From Dictyostelium discoideum (Eukaryota): a DNA stretch of 64,000 nt. The stretch lies in the NCBI GenBank assembly GCA_000004695.1, contig CM000150.2, forward strand, positions 4,032,001 through 4,096,000, read 5' to 3'. Made by a program: the position numbers and the translations under genes. The notes beneath the pieces are model-generated. The model ran no database searches. It had not been told where the DNA came from and saw only the letters and a program-made list of their open reading frames with translations. Below are positions 62,304 to 64,000 of this stretch, piece after piece. Within the stretch, counting starts at the first letter, position 1; each line of letters begins with the position of its first letter.

Positions 62304-63092
62304 AGTTTTTCACAAAAAAAAAAAATTCACTCACTCCTCCAAAAATCAAACCAACAAACATTCAATGATAATATTTTAAATAATGACAACAACAACTACA
62401 ACAACAACTACAACATTGAAAATGGTATTGGTTTAATAGATGTATCATCATTTACAAATCTCTCAACTCCATTCTTAACATTTAAAAAAGATGCATTTTC
62501 AATTCCACCATCCGTATCTCCACCATTGTCACCAAGTCTTTCATTTGTTATTGCACCAACTCCGATTATTGCCTCTCCAATTGCTTTGTTGTCTTCATCG
62601 GTATCAAGTACACCATCTACCTCTCCATTTGCTTCTCCAATTAAACACTTTCAAGATCCTACTGATTCTAATTTAAATTATAACAATAATAATAATAATA
62701 ATAACAACAACAATAATAACAACAACAACAACGATAATAATAATAATTATAATAATAATAATAGTGGTACCTTTAGCTTTTATGATAGCATAAATAACAA
62801 CAATAATACTCAAGGATATTATTATTCTAATGGTTCATCATTATCATTATCATCGTCTTCATCATTATCATCTCAAAACTCTGGATACAGTGTTGAATCA
62901 TTCTATTCACCATCAAATTCATACTCTCCTTTTGATGATAGTATTCTCTCCCCTTCTTTGTGCTTAATTTCTCAATCTCCATCTCAGTTTTTATCATCTC
63001 ATTCACCATTTCAATCATTTTCACCACCACCAACACCATCACCATGTACTATTCATAATAACTTTAACAACAGCAACATTAATAAACAATCA

Positions 63093-63171
<79 letters not shown>

Positions 63172-63921
63172 GTAGTAATTTAATAACATCACCACCACCA
63201 AGTTCATTACCACATCAACAATGTCCAATTCAAGAGAATATTCGTAATGTAATTAATTATTTAGGATGTTGTTATAGATTTGGAAAAGTTGAAAAGAGTA
63301 CATTGGTAAAGTATTTGGATTTAGCATTCAATGATTTTGGTGTATCTGCCGAGTATTTCGCAAAGAGATCATTGGAAAAGGATGCAATCATTCCAGACGT
63401 TTATTGTAAAATGATGGATATGAACATTGATAATTTATTGAATGAATTGGTAAACTTTGGTTCAAAGAGACATTTCTATTCATTTGCAAGAAAGTATTCA
63501 TGTCTCGATTCAAGAAGTTACTTTGATGATTATATCGAAGGTACAATCATTAAACAAATCTTGATCGAAATTAAAACCACAACCGATACTGGTACTTTAT
63601 TGGTAGATAATGAAAAATTTAATGAAATCTATTCAGATGGTTTAATTTGTTTCAATGATAGCGAATTGTTAAACTCAAAAGGTTTCATTCCATCAGAAGC
63701 TTTACCATCGAATCATATCACCGAGAATGTTCTCTCAAAGAAGGATTCAAAAGCTGCCATCAACTATTTCAATTATTTAATTCATGGTTCGGTAAAATTA
63801 ATCATTGGTAGAATTGAATATACTTGTGTTGGTTCTGTTGATATCCTTCCAAATAGAAAGTTATGTGGTAGTTTAAAAAATAAATTCTTAAATGCCTATG
63901 CAATTCATCAACAATTGACTC

Positions 63922-63986
<65 letters not shown>

Positions 63987-64000
63987 AAACAACAAATTGG
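62301..64000 (+). CDS. Hypothetical Ser/Asn-rich protein, 5' part only. The ORF runs off the window end and is not in the ORF track.
   Basis: A continuous frame runs from ATG 62301 ('MSFSQKKKIHSLLQKSNQQTFNDNILNN...') through low-complexity S/P/N-rich sequence into a globular-looking region ('QCPIQENIRNVINYLGCCYRFGKVEKSTLVKYLDLAFNDFGVSAEYFAKRSLEKDAIIPDVYCKMMDMNIDNLL...GRIEYTCVGSVDILPNRKLCG'). It is open to 64000. Frame continuity was checked by eye only. Confidence 0.5.

Overview
This is AT-rich, intron-containing eukaryotic DNA with the hallmarks of Dictyostelium (social amoeba). The evidence is poly-Asn/Gln coding microsatellites (AAT/CAA runs), short AT-rich introns with GTAAGT/GTATGT/GTAAAT donors and (t)nAG acceptors, AAAATG start contexts and long poly(dA/dT) intergenic tracts. 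I can support about 25 protein-coding genes and one snRNA gene.

- **Spliceosome components.** There is an SF3a subunit 3 homologue (U2 snRNP). A U2 snRNA gene is recognisable by its branch-point-binding box. A three-exon Brr2/SNRNP200 helicase (U5 snRNP) is also present.
- **Other named genes.** These are a Sec14/CRAL-TRIO protein with a GOLD domain, an F-BAR RhoGAP, a RasGEF, an aldehyde dehydrogenase, a nicalin-like M28-fold protein, PTPA (PP2A activator), membrane-anchored HMG-CoA reductase, a RINT1/TIP20-like multi-exon gene, and an RRM-RRM-CID RNA-binding protein.
- **Most unusual content.** Two tandemly duplicated, intron-containing genes encode bona fide bacterial-type diaminopimelate epimerase (DapF). 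Both catalytic cysteines are intact, and a conserved intron splits the active-site motif.
- **Other notable items.** Two convergent paralogous LRR/IPT-TIG/EGF type-I membrane proteins bracket about 24 kb. Several genes have cryptic 5' micro-exons, and in two of them the first exon lies outside the listed ORF (F-BAR RhoGAP, RasGEF). Two genes have frame discontinuities (a coiled-coil ORF, and an RRM gene inside a CAC/CCA microsatellite). A 3.5 kb gene desert upstream of hmgA carries non-AT-rich islands and tandem repeats.
- **Caveat on the ORF track.** It uses GTG/TTG as starts and omits ORFs that run off the window end, so several true starts and exons lie outside the listed ORFs.
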